Source of the DNA: Casimicrobiaceae bacterium
Lineage (GTDB): Bacteria; Pseudomonadota; Gammaproteobacteria; Burkholderiales; Casimicrobiaceae
Length of the DNA: 64,000 nucleotides
Direction: 5' to 3'
NCBI GenBank assembly: GCA_041911995.1
Contig: JAYRNW010000216.1
Coordinates: forward strand, 261 to 64,260
Part shown: positions 29,200-40,820 of the stretch, in pieces
Numbering within the stretch: the stretch's first letter is position 1
Layout of the letters: every line of letters begins with the position of its first letter
Made by a program: the position numbers and the translations under genes
Notes under the pieces: generated by a model
What the model saw: the letters and a program-made list of their open reading frames with translations, nothing else
Told to the model about the DNA's origin: nothing
Databases searched by the model: none

Positions 29200-30165
29200 C
29201 TAGATTCGTCCCACCGCGCGCCCGGTCGCCAGCGCGACCCGGCCGCGCAAATCGAGCGCCGATCCGCGAATCGGCGGAAGGGTCACGATCGTGCCGCGCA
29301 ACTCGCGCTTGAAGGCGGCCACCCCCGCGTTCGTGGCCGAATCCACGCCGCCGAGATCATAGCGTGCCACGCCGGCAGCGATCGCCGATCGCATCGCTTC
29401 CCAATGCAGGAGCCGCGTCGGCGACCGTTTGCCGCGCACCGTGGCGCTCTGCATCAGCTGCATCGTCGCGCCGACGACCATTACGAGGATCCCGCCGCCG
29501 AACTGCCCTTCCCGCGAAGCGCAGAACAGCCGCGCACGGACCGGGGCATCGTCCGCCGACTGCAGCAGCCGGCGGACGAGAGCCAGGTCACCCTGATGAC
29601 GGTAACCTCGCGCGGCGCTGTGGCGCTCGCATTCCGCGACGAACCGGGCGACGGTGGCCTCGTCGAGATTCGCGCGAACCTCGCAGCCGTGCCGCTGCGC
29701 CGCGCGAACCTGGTTGCGAAAGTCCGGGCCCAAGCGCGTCCAGAGCGCCGCCTCGCCCGGCGTCAGGTCGACGATGCTGGTCGTCGCCGCCTCGCCGACG
29801 GCTTGGCCCTGCTCGCCGTAACGCGGCGGCGCCACCGGGCAGGGATTCTCGAAGCAGACGTGGTAGCCGCGCCGGCGCAACCGCGCCTTGAGCTCGACGC
29901 TCGCGTCGAACGCGAGGCCCGGGTCCACGTACACGGGGCCCTGCGGGATCCAGGCGATCTTTCCCGCCAGCGGGTGCCGGCGGACCTCGACGCGCGCGAA
30001 CAGTGCCGGCGTTGCGTCGCGCGCGAGAATCAGGCGCTCGCTGGCCGTGCCGTCGCTCGCCGCGCGCGCGTCGCCCCAGAGCGCGGTCTGGAGCGGGCCG
30101 CCGCCGTGGGCGGCGACCAGCGCATCCCAATGCGCGGCGTCCATTGCAGTGCCGAGCGTCCACAT
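29200..30165 (-). CDS. FemAB/FemX-like GNAT aminoacyltransferase
   Basis: PLQTALWG, WIPQGPV, VDL, LLHWEAM...YDLGG...GVAAFK. Confidence 0.82.
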   Translation of the reverse strand: MWTLGTAMDAAHWDALVAAHGGGPLQTALWGDARAASDGTASERLILARDATPALFARVEVRRHPLAGKIAWIPQGPVYVDPGLAFDASVELKARLRRRGYHVCFENPCPVAPPRYGEQGQAVGEAATTSIVDLTPGEAALWTRLGPDFRNQVRAAQRHGCEVRANLDEATVARFVAECERHSAARGYRHQGDLALVRRLLQSADDAPVRARLFCASREGQFGGGILVMVVGATMQLMQSATVRGKRSPTRLLHWEAMRSAIAAGVARYDLGGVDSATNAGVAAFKRELRGTIVTLPPIRGSALDLRGRVALATGRAVGRI

Positions 30166-30176
30166 GGCGCGATGCC

Positions 30177-31589
30177 TCAGCCGCCCGACGGTTCGCGCAG
30201 CAACGCACCGACCTCGCGGTGCGCGAGAACGACAACCGCGAGCGCGTAGAGGGCGGCACCCAGGGCCACCTTCTGCCACACGTCGAGTACGCCGCCGGGA
30301 AGGATGCCCAGCACGAGCGCCATCGCGGCACTCGCGGCGAGCGGCGCCGCCACCAGACGCCCGCGCCATACGCACCTCGCGTCGTCGGGCGCCGTAAGCC
30401 AGGCCACGGCGGCCACGACCAACTGGCTCGACACGAAGATCGTGCACGCCATGCCGGCGCCAAACGCAGGAATCAGCGTCACGTTGGCCACGATGCCGAA
30501 CGCCGCTCCGGCCGCCGTGGCCGCGAGGTAGCGGTGGCGCAGGCCGAGCGCGTAGAGCACCGTTCCGGCGAAGAACACCGACAGCGAGTTCGCGAGCAGG
30601 TAGAAGCTCGCAATGCGGAGGAGCTCGCCCGCCGCTGCATATTGCGGTCCGAGCACCGCGGTGGCGAGCTCGGGTGCGAGAAGGCTGCCGCCCACCGCGA
30701 GCGGCACGCTGACCGCCCACGTCACGGCGAATCCATTGCGCAACAGCAGGCGCCTCCGGTTCGCGTCGTGGGCATGAAGCGCCATCCTCGGCATGAGCAG
30801 GCCGAACAGGATCGCGACGAAGCCGTGGACGATTTCGACCAGTCGGATCACGGCCGAGTACAGACCGAGAGCTGTTTCGCCGAGCGCCCACTTGACGACG
30901 ATGTGCCCCGACCGCGTGTAGGCCTGCGACGCGAGCGAGGCTGCGCCGAGCGGCAGGCTGTGCCGCAGGATGTCCGCCCACTTCGCAGGCACCCAGGACC
31001 AGCGCAGTGCGTATCCAAGACGTGATAGCTCGATCCAGCCGACCGCCGAGGAGAGCGCGGCGCTCGCGAGGGTGGCCAAGGCAAGCGTCGCGAGGTCGTC
31101 TTCGCTGCGCACGAGCGCAAACACCGCAGCCGCGTAGAGCCCCTGCGAGACCATTTGCTGCAACGAGGCCCAGTGGAAGCGCTCGGTGGCGGTCAGCAGG
31201 TACGCGGACTGGACGGCGCCCAGCAGCAGCATCGGCACGCCGTAGAGGAGCAGGAGCGACCGTACCTGAGGGTCGGACTCCACCGTCCATGCGTAGGCTG
31301 CGAGCAGCACCGACCCCGCGCTGCCCAGCACGGTGCGCAAGGCGAACACGTCCGCCACGACCGAATTCGCCTCCAGGCGGCGCGCGGCCACCTCGCGCGC
31401 GGCAAAGGCGACCAGGCCGGGATTGGTCGCGAGTTCGCAGAAGCCGACGACCGCCAGCACGTAGCTCCATCGGCCGAAGCCCTCGATGCCGACCATCCTG
31501 ACGACGAACGGAAACGTCACCGCCGACAGCAGCATCGTCACCGTGCGGGCACCGGCGACGGAGGCGAAATGTGTGGCGTGGCGCTTCAT
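30177..31589 (-). CDS. wzx: Wzx flippase
   Basis: Multi-TM; FPFVVRMVG.EGFG, ALGLYSA..RL, N.TLIPAFG. Confidence 0.9.
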   Translation of the reverse strand: MKRHATHFASVAGARTVTMLLSAVTFPFVVRMVGIEGFGRWSYVLAVVGFCELATNPGLVAFAAREVAARRLEANSVVADVFALRTVLGSAGSVLLAAYAWTVESDPQVRSLLLLYGVPMLLLGAVQSAYLLTATERFHWASLQQMVSQGLYAAAVFALVRSEDDLATLALATLASAALSSAVGWIELSRLGYALRWSWVPAKWADILRHSLPLGAASLASQAYTRSGHIVVKWALGETALGLYSAVIRLVEIVHGFVAILFGLLMPRMALHAHDANRRRLLLRNGFAVTWAVSVPLAVGGSLLAPELATAVLGPQYAAAGELLRIASFYLLANSLSVFFAGTVLYALGLRHRYLAATAAGAAFGIVANVTLIPAFGAGMACTIFVSSQLVVAAVAWLTAPDDARCVWRGRLVAAPLAASAAMALVLGILPGGVLDVWQKVALGAALYALAVVVLAHREVGALLREPSGG

Positions 31590-31653
31590 GTGGCAAATGG
31601 GAGGCGAGGATGACCCGACATGGAAGCGATCGATGTGGCGGGCGGCGCGTCCG

Positions 31654-32775
31654 TCAGCCGGCGCGCGCCAGCCCGACGATGCGCTCCTCCCATTGCGGCG
31701 CTGCGACGTCCCAGCTCCAGCGCGCCGCCATTTCAAGCGAGCGAGCGCACATCGATTGCCGCAAGCCCCGATCCTGCGCTAGCTGCCCGATCCTCGCCAC
31801 CAGCTCCTGATCGGTCCATACGACGAAGCCGTTGCCGCCGTCGACGACCGACGGCGGCTCGAAGTGCCCGAAGGCGACAACCGGAAGGCCGCACGCGGCG
31901 GCTTCCTGGATCACCTTCGGCGCGCCCTCGGATCGCGAGGGAAGGACGAAGACGTCGGCCACGCGAAACGCCTCGGCGAGGTCGGCGGGGCTCTTCGCTC
32001 CGGAGAATTCGACGTTGGCGAGCCCGCGCGAACGTGCGAGCTGGATCAATTCGCCTCGCTCGGCGCCCTCTCCGTACCAGCGGAAGCGAAGGTCCGAATA
32101 CCTGGCGGCCAGGTCGACGAACACCGAGGGACGCTTGTGCGCGCTGACGTGTCCGGCGGCGACGACGACCGCTGCCCCGCACCCCTCGCGTCGCGCAGCG
32201 GGGTGGAACACCGCCGCATCCACGCCGAGTGGCAGGACCGAGAACTTGTCGCCGTACAGGACCCGGCCCATCCGCGCAAGGAACGGGCTGATCGCGACGA
32301 CGTGGTCGGCCCGTCCAAGCACGGCGCGCACGCGGCCGAGCACGCTGCCCTCGACGCGATGGCAGGAGACCGGATGGCCCGCTGCGCGTTCGAGCGCCGC
32401 CTCCGCAGCGGCGTCGCCCGCCAATCCCTCAAACGTCGCGATCACCGGCACCCGCTTGCGGATCATTCCGCGCAGCACGAGCCCCCGGGCGTCGAACCAC
32501 TCGAACCCCGGGTAGAAGATTGCATCGACGTTCGAGAGGTAACGCGACGCGGCGTGCCAGGTCCAGAGGCGGCGGCGCATCAGGCGGACCAGGTGCACGC
32601 GCGGATTGGCCGCCACACCGGGATCTGGTCTGCCGTAATGAAGACCGACCCACGTAACCTCCGGCCGTCGGAAGCGCGCCAGGAGCGCCTTGGCATTGAG
32701 GTTCTGCGCGTTCGTGTTGTCCGCATCGAGCAGGCGCGGAACCAGTACGCGGAGCCGACCGGCGTCATGGCCCAT
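31654..32775 (-). CDS. GT4 glycosyltransferase
   Basis: FVLPSRSEGAPKVIQEAAACGLPVV. Confidence 0.88.
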   Translation of the reverse strand: MGHDAGRLRVLVPRLLDADNTNAQNLNAKALLARFRRPEVTWVGLHYGRPDPGVAANPRVHLVRLMRRRLWTWHAASRYLSNVDAIFYPGFEWFDARGLVLRGMIRKRVPVIATFEGLAGDAAAEAALERAAGHPVSCHRVEGSVLGRVRAVLGRADHVVAISPFLARMGRVLYGDKFSVLPLGVDAAVFHPAARREGCGAAVVVAAGHVSAHKRPSVFVDLAARYSDLRFRWYGEGAERGELIQLARSRGLANVEFSGAKSPADLAEAFRVADVFVLPSRSEGAPKVIQEAAACGLPVVAFGHFEPPSVVDGGNGFVVWTDQELVARIGQLAQDRGLRQSMCARSLEMAARWSWDVAAPQWEERIVGLARAG

Positions 32776-32778
32776 CGG

Positions 32779-34527
32779 TCATCCGGCACGACACGATTGC
32801 GTCAGCCGCGCCAGTTCCGTCTGCAACACGGCGCCGGATGTCGCCGCGAGAAACGGCTCGACGTCGTTCGCGAAGGGAGGCAATCGGCCGCCGGCGGCGT
32901 CGGCAATCAACGATCGCAGATGGGACAGGTCGCGCGCGAAATGGAAGACACCCCACTGTTCGATCTGCTTCCGGTAACTGAAGTCGTGCCAGCCGAAGCC
33001 GACGATCGGGACGCCATGGCGCAGGCAGTCGAGGAAGACCGTGGAGCCGAAAGTCACGGCGACGGCCGCCCGCGCCAGGACGTCGTCCAGTCCCGGGCCC
33101 TGGCTGTAGCTTACCGCCGGTGATTTCGCCATCCCCGCCACGATGCCGTCCACCCGTTGCCGGTAGTGCGCGACGAGTTCGAGCGGATGGACGCGTATCA
33201 CCAGCTCGCGGCCGGTCTCGGCCGCCGCTGCGATCAGCGCCGACAGGATTTCGTCGAGGTCGTTCTCGTCGAGGAACTCGTGCGGCGAATAGGGTGCGGT
33301 GATGAACACCAGCGTTCCGTGACCCCGCGCGGCGCGCGTTGCGGCGAAGGGCGGAGCGGGATTCAGCACACGGGCCCTCTGTCGCGCTGCCGGCGCCAGG
33401 AACTCCTTCCAGAACTCGCCGCGTATGACGTAATGGTCCGCGGGCGGATCGACGAACTGGCAGAAGTCGCCGAGGATGCCATGCTGCAACAGGATTGTCG
33501 GAATGCCGTTGCGCCGAGCCGCGTGCAGCGCGTATCCCTCGAAGACCGGATTACCCACGACGACGGCATCCGGTCGCACCGCCTCGATCCAGCGCTCGAA
33601 CAACGCGGTGCCGAACAGCCCCGACGGCAGCAGGCGTAGGAAAAACGTCTGCATGAACGCACTGCGAAGGAACATTGCCCGAGCCACCTCGTCCTCGCCT
33701 TGCAGCGCAACCCGGGCGATGTGCGCGGTCACGGCGGCGGCCGCGTCGTCGACCTCGTGCCGCGTCGGAGCGTCCGCCCACGATGCGAACTCGTAGAGGC
33801 CGACGAACGGGCGCCCGGCTTCGCGCAGCGCGCGTCCGCCTGTCGCCGCGTTCTCGATCAGAAACCTGAACGGCGCGGGGAAGTGCGGCTCGTACAGGAG
33901 GCCGATCTTCGTGTACGTGTACGCAGTGCTGTAGAACCAGAGCCCGCCGGGCTTCACGGTGCGACGCGGCCGCAGCGCACTGCGGCGGTGATACGGATCG
34001 ATCCGGTTCAGCACGAGTGCCAGCTCTGCACGGACCCCCGCACCGGCGAGGCGCGAGCTGCGCAGGCGCCGCACGCTGTTGGCCAGGCTCCGGACGACCG
34101 GGAAGCGCTGGCGCTCGGCGGGCACGTCGATCTCCACGTCGAGCTCCCCCTGACCACGGAGATCCGCGAGTCCCTGCGCGAATCGCGAGGACCTCCCGAA
34201 CCGGCACCGGCGGGCGCCCAGCGCAATCAGCTGCCGGCGCAGGTGCAGCGTGTGCAGCGCATACTGCAGCTCCCGGATCACGACCTCTTCGAAGACGCGC
34301 AGTTGAGCGAGGCCGCGCAGCAGCGGCTCGCCGGCAAGCAGGCGCGCAGCCAAGTCGAACGCCCGCCGCTTGACAGCGTCGAAGTCCCCGATGAGCTCGG
34401 GCAGTCCCAACGCGGCGGCGTGACGGCGACGCACGAGGCTGTCGGGCGCGCACTCGAAAAGAAGCCCTACCGGGCCCGTGATTCGCTCGAATGGGTCGCC
34501 CGGCTGCAGGATGGTCAACTCGGTCAA
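32779..34527 (-). CDS. Uncharacterised GT-B-like protein; candidate nonulosonate (Pse) transferase
   Basis: ILLQHG, IRVHP.E and TFGSTVFLD motifs of CMP-sugar/capsule-type GT-B folds; follows pseI directly. Confidence 0.55.
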   Translation of the reverse strand: MTELTILQPGDPFERITGPVGLLFECAPDSLVRRRHAAALGLPELIGDFDAVKRRAFDLAARLLAGEPLLRGLAQLRVFEEVVIRELQYALHTLHLRRQLIALGARRCRFGRSSRFAQGLADLRGQGELDVEIDVPAERQRFPVVRSLANSVRRLRSSRLAGAGVRAELALVLNRIDPYHRRSALRPRRTVKPGGLWFYSTAYTYTKIGLLYEPHFPAPFRFLIENAATGGRALREAGRPFVGLYEFASWADAPTRHEVDDAAAAVTAHIARVALQGEDEVARAMFLRSAFMQTFFLRLLPSGLFGTALFERWIEAVRPDAVVVGNPVFEGYALHAARRNGIPTILLQHGILGDFCQFVDPPADHYVIRGEFWKEFLAPAARQRARVLNPAPPFAATRAARGHGTLVFITAPYSPHEFLDENDLDEILSALIAAAAETGRELVIRVHPLELVAHYRQRVDGIVAGMAKSPAVSYSQGPGLDDVLARAAVAVTFGSTVFLDCLRHGVPIVGFGWHDFSYRKQIEQWGVFHFARDLSHLRSLIADAAGGRLPPFANDVEPFLAATSGAVLQTELARLTQSCRAG

Positions 34528-34530
34528 TTT

Positions 34531-35574
34531 TCAGTCCAGCAGATCCCAGCGCAGCGGCGTTCCCCGAGCCAATGCCTCGCGGACCTTCCTCCCGAGAACG
34601 GCGTCGTAGTGCTTCGGCGCGAGCCCTCCTCCGGGGCGAATCGCCCGCACGTTGTCGGCGGTGAGCACGTCGCCGGCACGCAGGTCCGTGACGACATGCA
34701 GCGAGCGACGGAAAGCAAGCGACGGCCGCTCGGCCGCGGTGGGACCGTACATCACTGCGCCCAACGCCTGCCACGCGCGCGCCGTCTCCACGACGAGCTG
34801 CGCCATCTCCGCGGGCTCCATCGAGAACGCGGCGTCGACCCCGCCTTCCGCGCGGGACAGCGTAAAGTGCTTCTCGATGACCGTGGCCCCAAGCGCAACG
34901 CTCGCGACGGACACGCCGATGCCCGTCGTGTGGTCCGAGAGACCCACCTCGGTTCCGAACCGCGAGCGCAGATCCGGGATCGTCAGCAGGTTGGTGTCCG
35001 CGGGCGCTGCCGGATACGTGCTCGTGCACTTGAGCAGCACGAGGTCCCGACATCCCGCGTCCCGCGCGACCTGCACGGTCTCCTCCAGTTCCGCCTCCGT
35101 GGCCATTCCCGTCGACACGATCATCGGCTTGCCGGTCGCCGCCACCTTGCGGATCAGCGGAACGTCGGTGTTCTCGAACGACGCGATCTTGTAGCAGGGC
35201 ACGTCGAGCCCTTCGAGGAAGTCGACCGCCGTCGCGTCGAAGGGCGTGCTGAACGCGATCATGCCGAGGCTGCGCACGCGCTCGAAGATCGGCCCGTGCC
35301 AATCCCAGGGCGTGTGGGCCCTTTCGTAGAGCGCGTGCAGCGTGCTCCCCGCCCACGGGCTCGCCGGATCGGCAATCCGGAAGGCGCCGTCGGCCACGTC
35401 CAGGGTCATCGTGTCCGCCGTATAGGTCTGGATCTTGAGCGCGTGGGCGCCGGCGGCGGCGGCGGCATCCACGATCGCCAGCGCGCGCCCGAGCGACTGG
35501 TTGTGGTTGCCGGACATCTCCGCCACGACGAACGGCGCGACGTGTCGACCGACCTCGCGGGATGCGATCTTCAC
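34531..35574 (-). CDS. pseI: Pseudaminic acid synthase
   Basis: AEMSGNHNQS, KIQTYTADTMT, KIASFE, LKCTS.YP, GLSDHT, C-terminal SAF domain. Confidence 0.95.
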   Translation of the reverse strand: MKIASREVGRHVAPFVVAEMSGNHNQSLGRALAIVDAAAAAGAHALKIQTYTADTMTLDVADGAFRIADPASPWAGSTLHALYERAHTPWDWHGPIFERVRSLGMIAFSTPFDATAVDFLEGLDVPCYKIASFENTDVPLIRKVAATGKPMIVSTGMATEAELEETVQVARDAGCRDLVLLKCTSTYPAAPADTNLLTIPDLRSRFGTEVGLSDHTTGIGVSVASVALGATVIEKHFTLSRAEGGVDAAFSMEPAEMAQLVVETARAWQALGAVMYGPTAAERPSLAFRRSLHVVTDLRAGDVLTADNVRAIRPGGGLAPKHYDAVLGRKVREALARGTPLRWDLLD

Positions 35575-35577
35575 GCC

Positions 35578-37116
35578 TCAGCCTCCCGGGATCTCGCGAA
35601 CGAATACGGCACGATCGGCAACGAATCCCGCCTTCGCGAATGCCCGGACGGACGCGGCATTGCGCGCGTCGATCTCCGCGCGAATCTCCCGAACCTCAGG
35701 TCGATGGTCGCGCAGCCACGCCTCACCCAGCCGGATCAGCTCGGGCCCCAAGCCACGGCCCTGCCGGCCGGGGACCAAGTACACGGAAATCGTCGCCGAG
35801 TGCCCGGTCACGTCGTAACGCAACACGCCAACGGCGCCCTCGGCATTCTCGCCGATCAGGAGCACCCGACTCCGGTTCTGCAGCGCGGCCGCATACCAGC
35901 GTCGATGCTCGGAGAGCTCGATGACGCCCGGATCGTTGGAATACTGCCGGACAGTTGAATCGTTCCGCCACCGCCAAACTGAGTCGCAGTCGTCGAGCGT
36001 AGCGCGCCGGAGCGCCATGGCGCTTGCGAGGAGATTCGCGACCACGCGGCCGCAGCCGCGGCCATCCACGATCTTCTCCGCCATCGCCCCCATGTGGCGC
36101 ACGAGTTCCGGCGCAGCCGACAGCACGTCGATCGCTGCCGCAAGCCGCGCGACCGGGACCTCGGGCGCGCTACCCATGAACAGCGCGCCTCCACGCGCGG
36201 CCACCGCGCGGGATGCAGCGAGCTGGTTTTCGGCAATGGCAACGACGATCGAAGGCAGGCCCAGCGCGCAGCGCTCGAGCAGCGCCACGCCGCCACCGCC
36301 GATCGCGAGATCGCTCCCGGCCATCAGCGCGGCTATGTTCCCGGGTTGGCAGTGAAATTGCAGCGGCGGATACTCCGCGCAGATCTTCTCGATTTCCTGC
36401 CGCCGGGGATTCGCGGCGCCGACGACGACGTCCGCCTTCACTCCGCCACGATCCCGGGACAGCAGCGCATCAATCGCCATCCGCGTCGCGTTCGCCGGGT
36501 CCGAGCCGCCGAACGACACGAGAACGCGCCGAACCTCCCCCGTGCGCTCTCGCGGGCGCTCACGCGCCTCGGCGAACTCCGGCCGCAACAACGCATACTC
36601 CGGTCCGAGCAGCTTCCTGCACGCGCTTGGCACGAGTGCGTCGTATCGCGTTATGGTGGCGTCGGTGCAGTTGTGGTCGAGCAGCAGGTCGCAGTCGTGC
36701 GGCCTGTCGGCGAGATCGTCGATTACCATGATGCTACGAACTGTCGGGTGCAGCATGGCTTCCCAGCGGGCCTCCAGCGCATAGTGATCCACGACCAGCC
36801 AATCGGCTTCGCCCCATTCCTTGATGGCATGTATGGTTTGCTTCGCGTCCTCGCTCCATGGAACGTCATCCCGGTCGGCACGAGGCGGACATTGTGGCGT
36901 CGACAGATCCGGGTCACGAGTACGTGCACCGCCCGAAAGGCGGGCCACCGGGAAGCCTTGCTCGACAAGGTAATCGTTGAGGTGGCCGGGATGATCGCGG
37001 CAAATGAAGAGAGTCTCGGCGCCGGCGCGCCCGAGTGCGCTCGCGAGGGTCACGCAGCGCGTAACGTGTCCGCTGCCGATTGCCGCGGAGGCGTCGACGC
37101 GGAAGGCGATCCTCAT
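35578..37116 (-). CDS. pseG: PseG UDP-sugar hydrolase fused to a PseH-like GNAT N-acetyltransferase
   Basis: RVDAS..IGSGHVTRC, VVDHY, IDDLADR, FGGSD; C-terminal WRWRND..VR...N.AS...F.KAGF. Confidence 0.9.
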   Translation of the reverse strand: MRIAFRVDASAAIGSGHVTRCVTLASALGRAGAETLFICRDHPGHLNDYLVEQGFPVARLSGGARTRDPDLSTPQCPPRADRDDVPWSEDAKQTIHAIKEWGEADWLVVDHYALEARWEAMLHPTVRSIMVIDDLADRPHDCDLLLDHNCTDATITRYDALVPSACRKLLGPEYALLRPEFAEARERPRERTGEVRRVLVSFGGSDPANATRMAIDALLSRDRGGVKADVVVGAANPRRQEIEKICAEYPPLQFHCQPGNIAALMAGSDLAIGGGGVALLERCALGLPSIVVAIAENQLAASRAVAARGGALFMGSAPEVPVARLAAAIDVLSAAPELVRHMGAMAEKIVDGRGCGRVVANLLASAMALRRATLDDCDSVWRWRNDSTVRQYSNDPGVIELSEHRRWYAAALQNRSRVLLIGENAEGAVGVLRYDVTGHSATISVYLVPGRQGRGLGPELIRLGEAWLRDHRPEVREIRAEIDARNAASVRAFAKAGFVADRAVFVREIPGG

Positions 37117-37736
37117 TGCTTCCGCAGGAGGAACCACGTGAGGTCGTCCATGGGAAACACGCCGGCACGATGATATGCAAATCCGCAATCGACGAGGCGC
37201 AGGTCCGGAAACCTGTCCAGCATGTCACCCGCAAAGTCGCGCTTGAACAGCACGTCACTGTGTCCGCGGTAGGAAACGGCGACCGGCGACCGGCTGTAGT
37301 ACTCGCAGATGCAGATATAGGTCTTCGCCGCGGCGTGCAGGAGATCGTATGCCTTCGCAAGCTGGTTCGGATTGACGTGGATGAGTACGCCCTTGGCCAG
37401 CGTCATGTCCCATTGCCTGTGCGCCCGGAACTCCAGCAGCGACTGGACGTGCACTCGAGCCTGGCCCCATCGCGCAAGCTCATCGGCGGCTGATTCGTTC
37501 AGTTCGACCGCATCGAGCTCGGCATGGGGAAGCAACGACCGGATTGCGCGCAGGTTGAGGCCGATGTTGGCGCCCAGCTCGAGTACCGACGCGACGCCGG
37601 ATGCACGCTCGAGAATCTTCGAGAAGAGATGTACGTTGCCGGCCACGATCTCGTCGCCGACATTGCGTCGACTGTACTCCGTACCAAACTCGCCGGCCCA
37701 GAAGGCTTCCTGGGGAGTCGCGTAGTGCCTGGCCAT
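37113..37736 (-). CDS. Pseudaminic acid biosynthesis-associated methylase
   Basis: QEAFWAGEFG.EY..RN, ELGANIGLN, GVLIHVNP, YRGH...LFKRDFAG. Confidence 0.9.
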   Translation of the reverse strand: MARHYATPQEAFWAGEFGTEYSRRNVGDEIVAGNVHLFSKILERASGVASVLELGANIGLNLRAIRSLLPHAELDAVELNESAADELARWGQARVHVQSLLEFRAHRQWDMTLAKGVLIHVNPNQLAKAYDLLHAAAKTYICICEYYSRSPVAVSYRGHSDVLFKRDFAGDMLDRFPDLRLVDCGFAYHRAGVFPMDDLTWFLLRKQ

Positions 37737-37862
37737 GTTCGCGCAGATCCGCTGATCAACGCAGCGCGTGCCCAGGCACGACGCATCGGATAGCTGACCG
37801 GCTTCGGCGCGCGTGGCCGAGGACGAAGTAACGACGAAGATCCGCGGGCAGGACGGCAGCGC

Positions 37863-38566
37863 TCATGGCGCCCGCCCTTCGACTTGCAGCCGCCACGCCC
37901 GATAGAGCATCTCCGCCCGCTGCCAGTCTTCTTCCGTGTCGATGTCCTGCACGAGCGCCCGCGGTACGAGCACCGGAACGGACGCGCGCGAAAAAGTGGG
38001 CACGTCGTTCAGGAAGGCGCTCGCGGTTCCCCAGTAGAACTGGCCGGCATCGTGGTAGGCGGGCTCGAGGTCCTGCGACCGGGCGAGCGCATGCTCGGGA
38101 AACATCGGCGCGATGCGGCCCTCCCCGTCGATGCGAAGGGCCCGTTGCACCGGATAGGGAAACGACGTCACGGAGAAGGCAAAGGCGCAGCCGCTCGCGA
38201 CGAGCTTGTCCAGGCCTTCGCGTAGTCGCGCCGCATCGAGAAATGGCGCCGTCGCGTAGATGCAGCAGACGTGGGTCGCGCCAACTCCTTGCCCGTTCGT
38301 CCACTCGACGGCGTGGCGGACGACCGCGTTCGTGCGGGTGCGGTCGTCGGCCAGCGCCGCAGGCCGGACGAACGGCACCTCGGCGCCCGCCGCCCTGGCC
38401 ACGTCGGCGATCCGTGCGTCGTCCGTGGAGACGAGGATGCGCTCGAAGAGTCCGGAAGCGCGCGCAGCCGCGATCGAGTACGCGATGATCGGCTTGCCCG
38501 CGAAGGGCCGGATGTTCTTCAGCGGAATCCGCTTGCTCCCACCCCGCGCGGGGATCACCGCGATCT

Positions 38567-38570
<4 letters not shown>
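37863..38570 (-). CDS. pseF: Pseudaminic acid cytidylyltransferase
   Basis: IPARGGSKRIP.KN, CCIYATAP, RSQDL...YHDAGQFYW, DIDTEEDW. Confidence 0.93.
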
Positions 38571-40734
<2,164 letters not shown>

Positions 40735-40820
40735 TTACGCAAGTCGCATGGAGCCGTCGACGGGGCGCCTCCGCTGCGGCCGAATGGGTGACGAGAGCGC
40801 GGCTGCGCGTCGGTCGGCGG

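Noticed and set aside
37756-37866. 36-aa ORF MSAAVLPADLRRYF... coupled to the pseF stop
   Set aside because: Could be a gene remnant but has no recognisable motif; not supportable.
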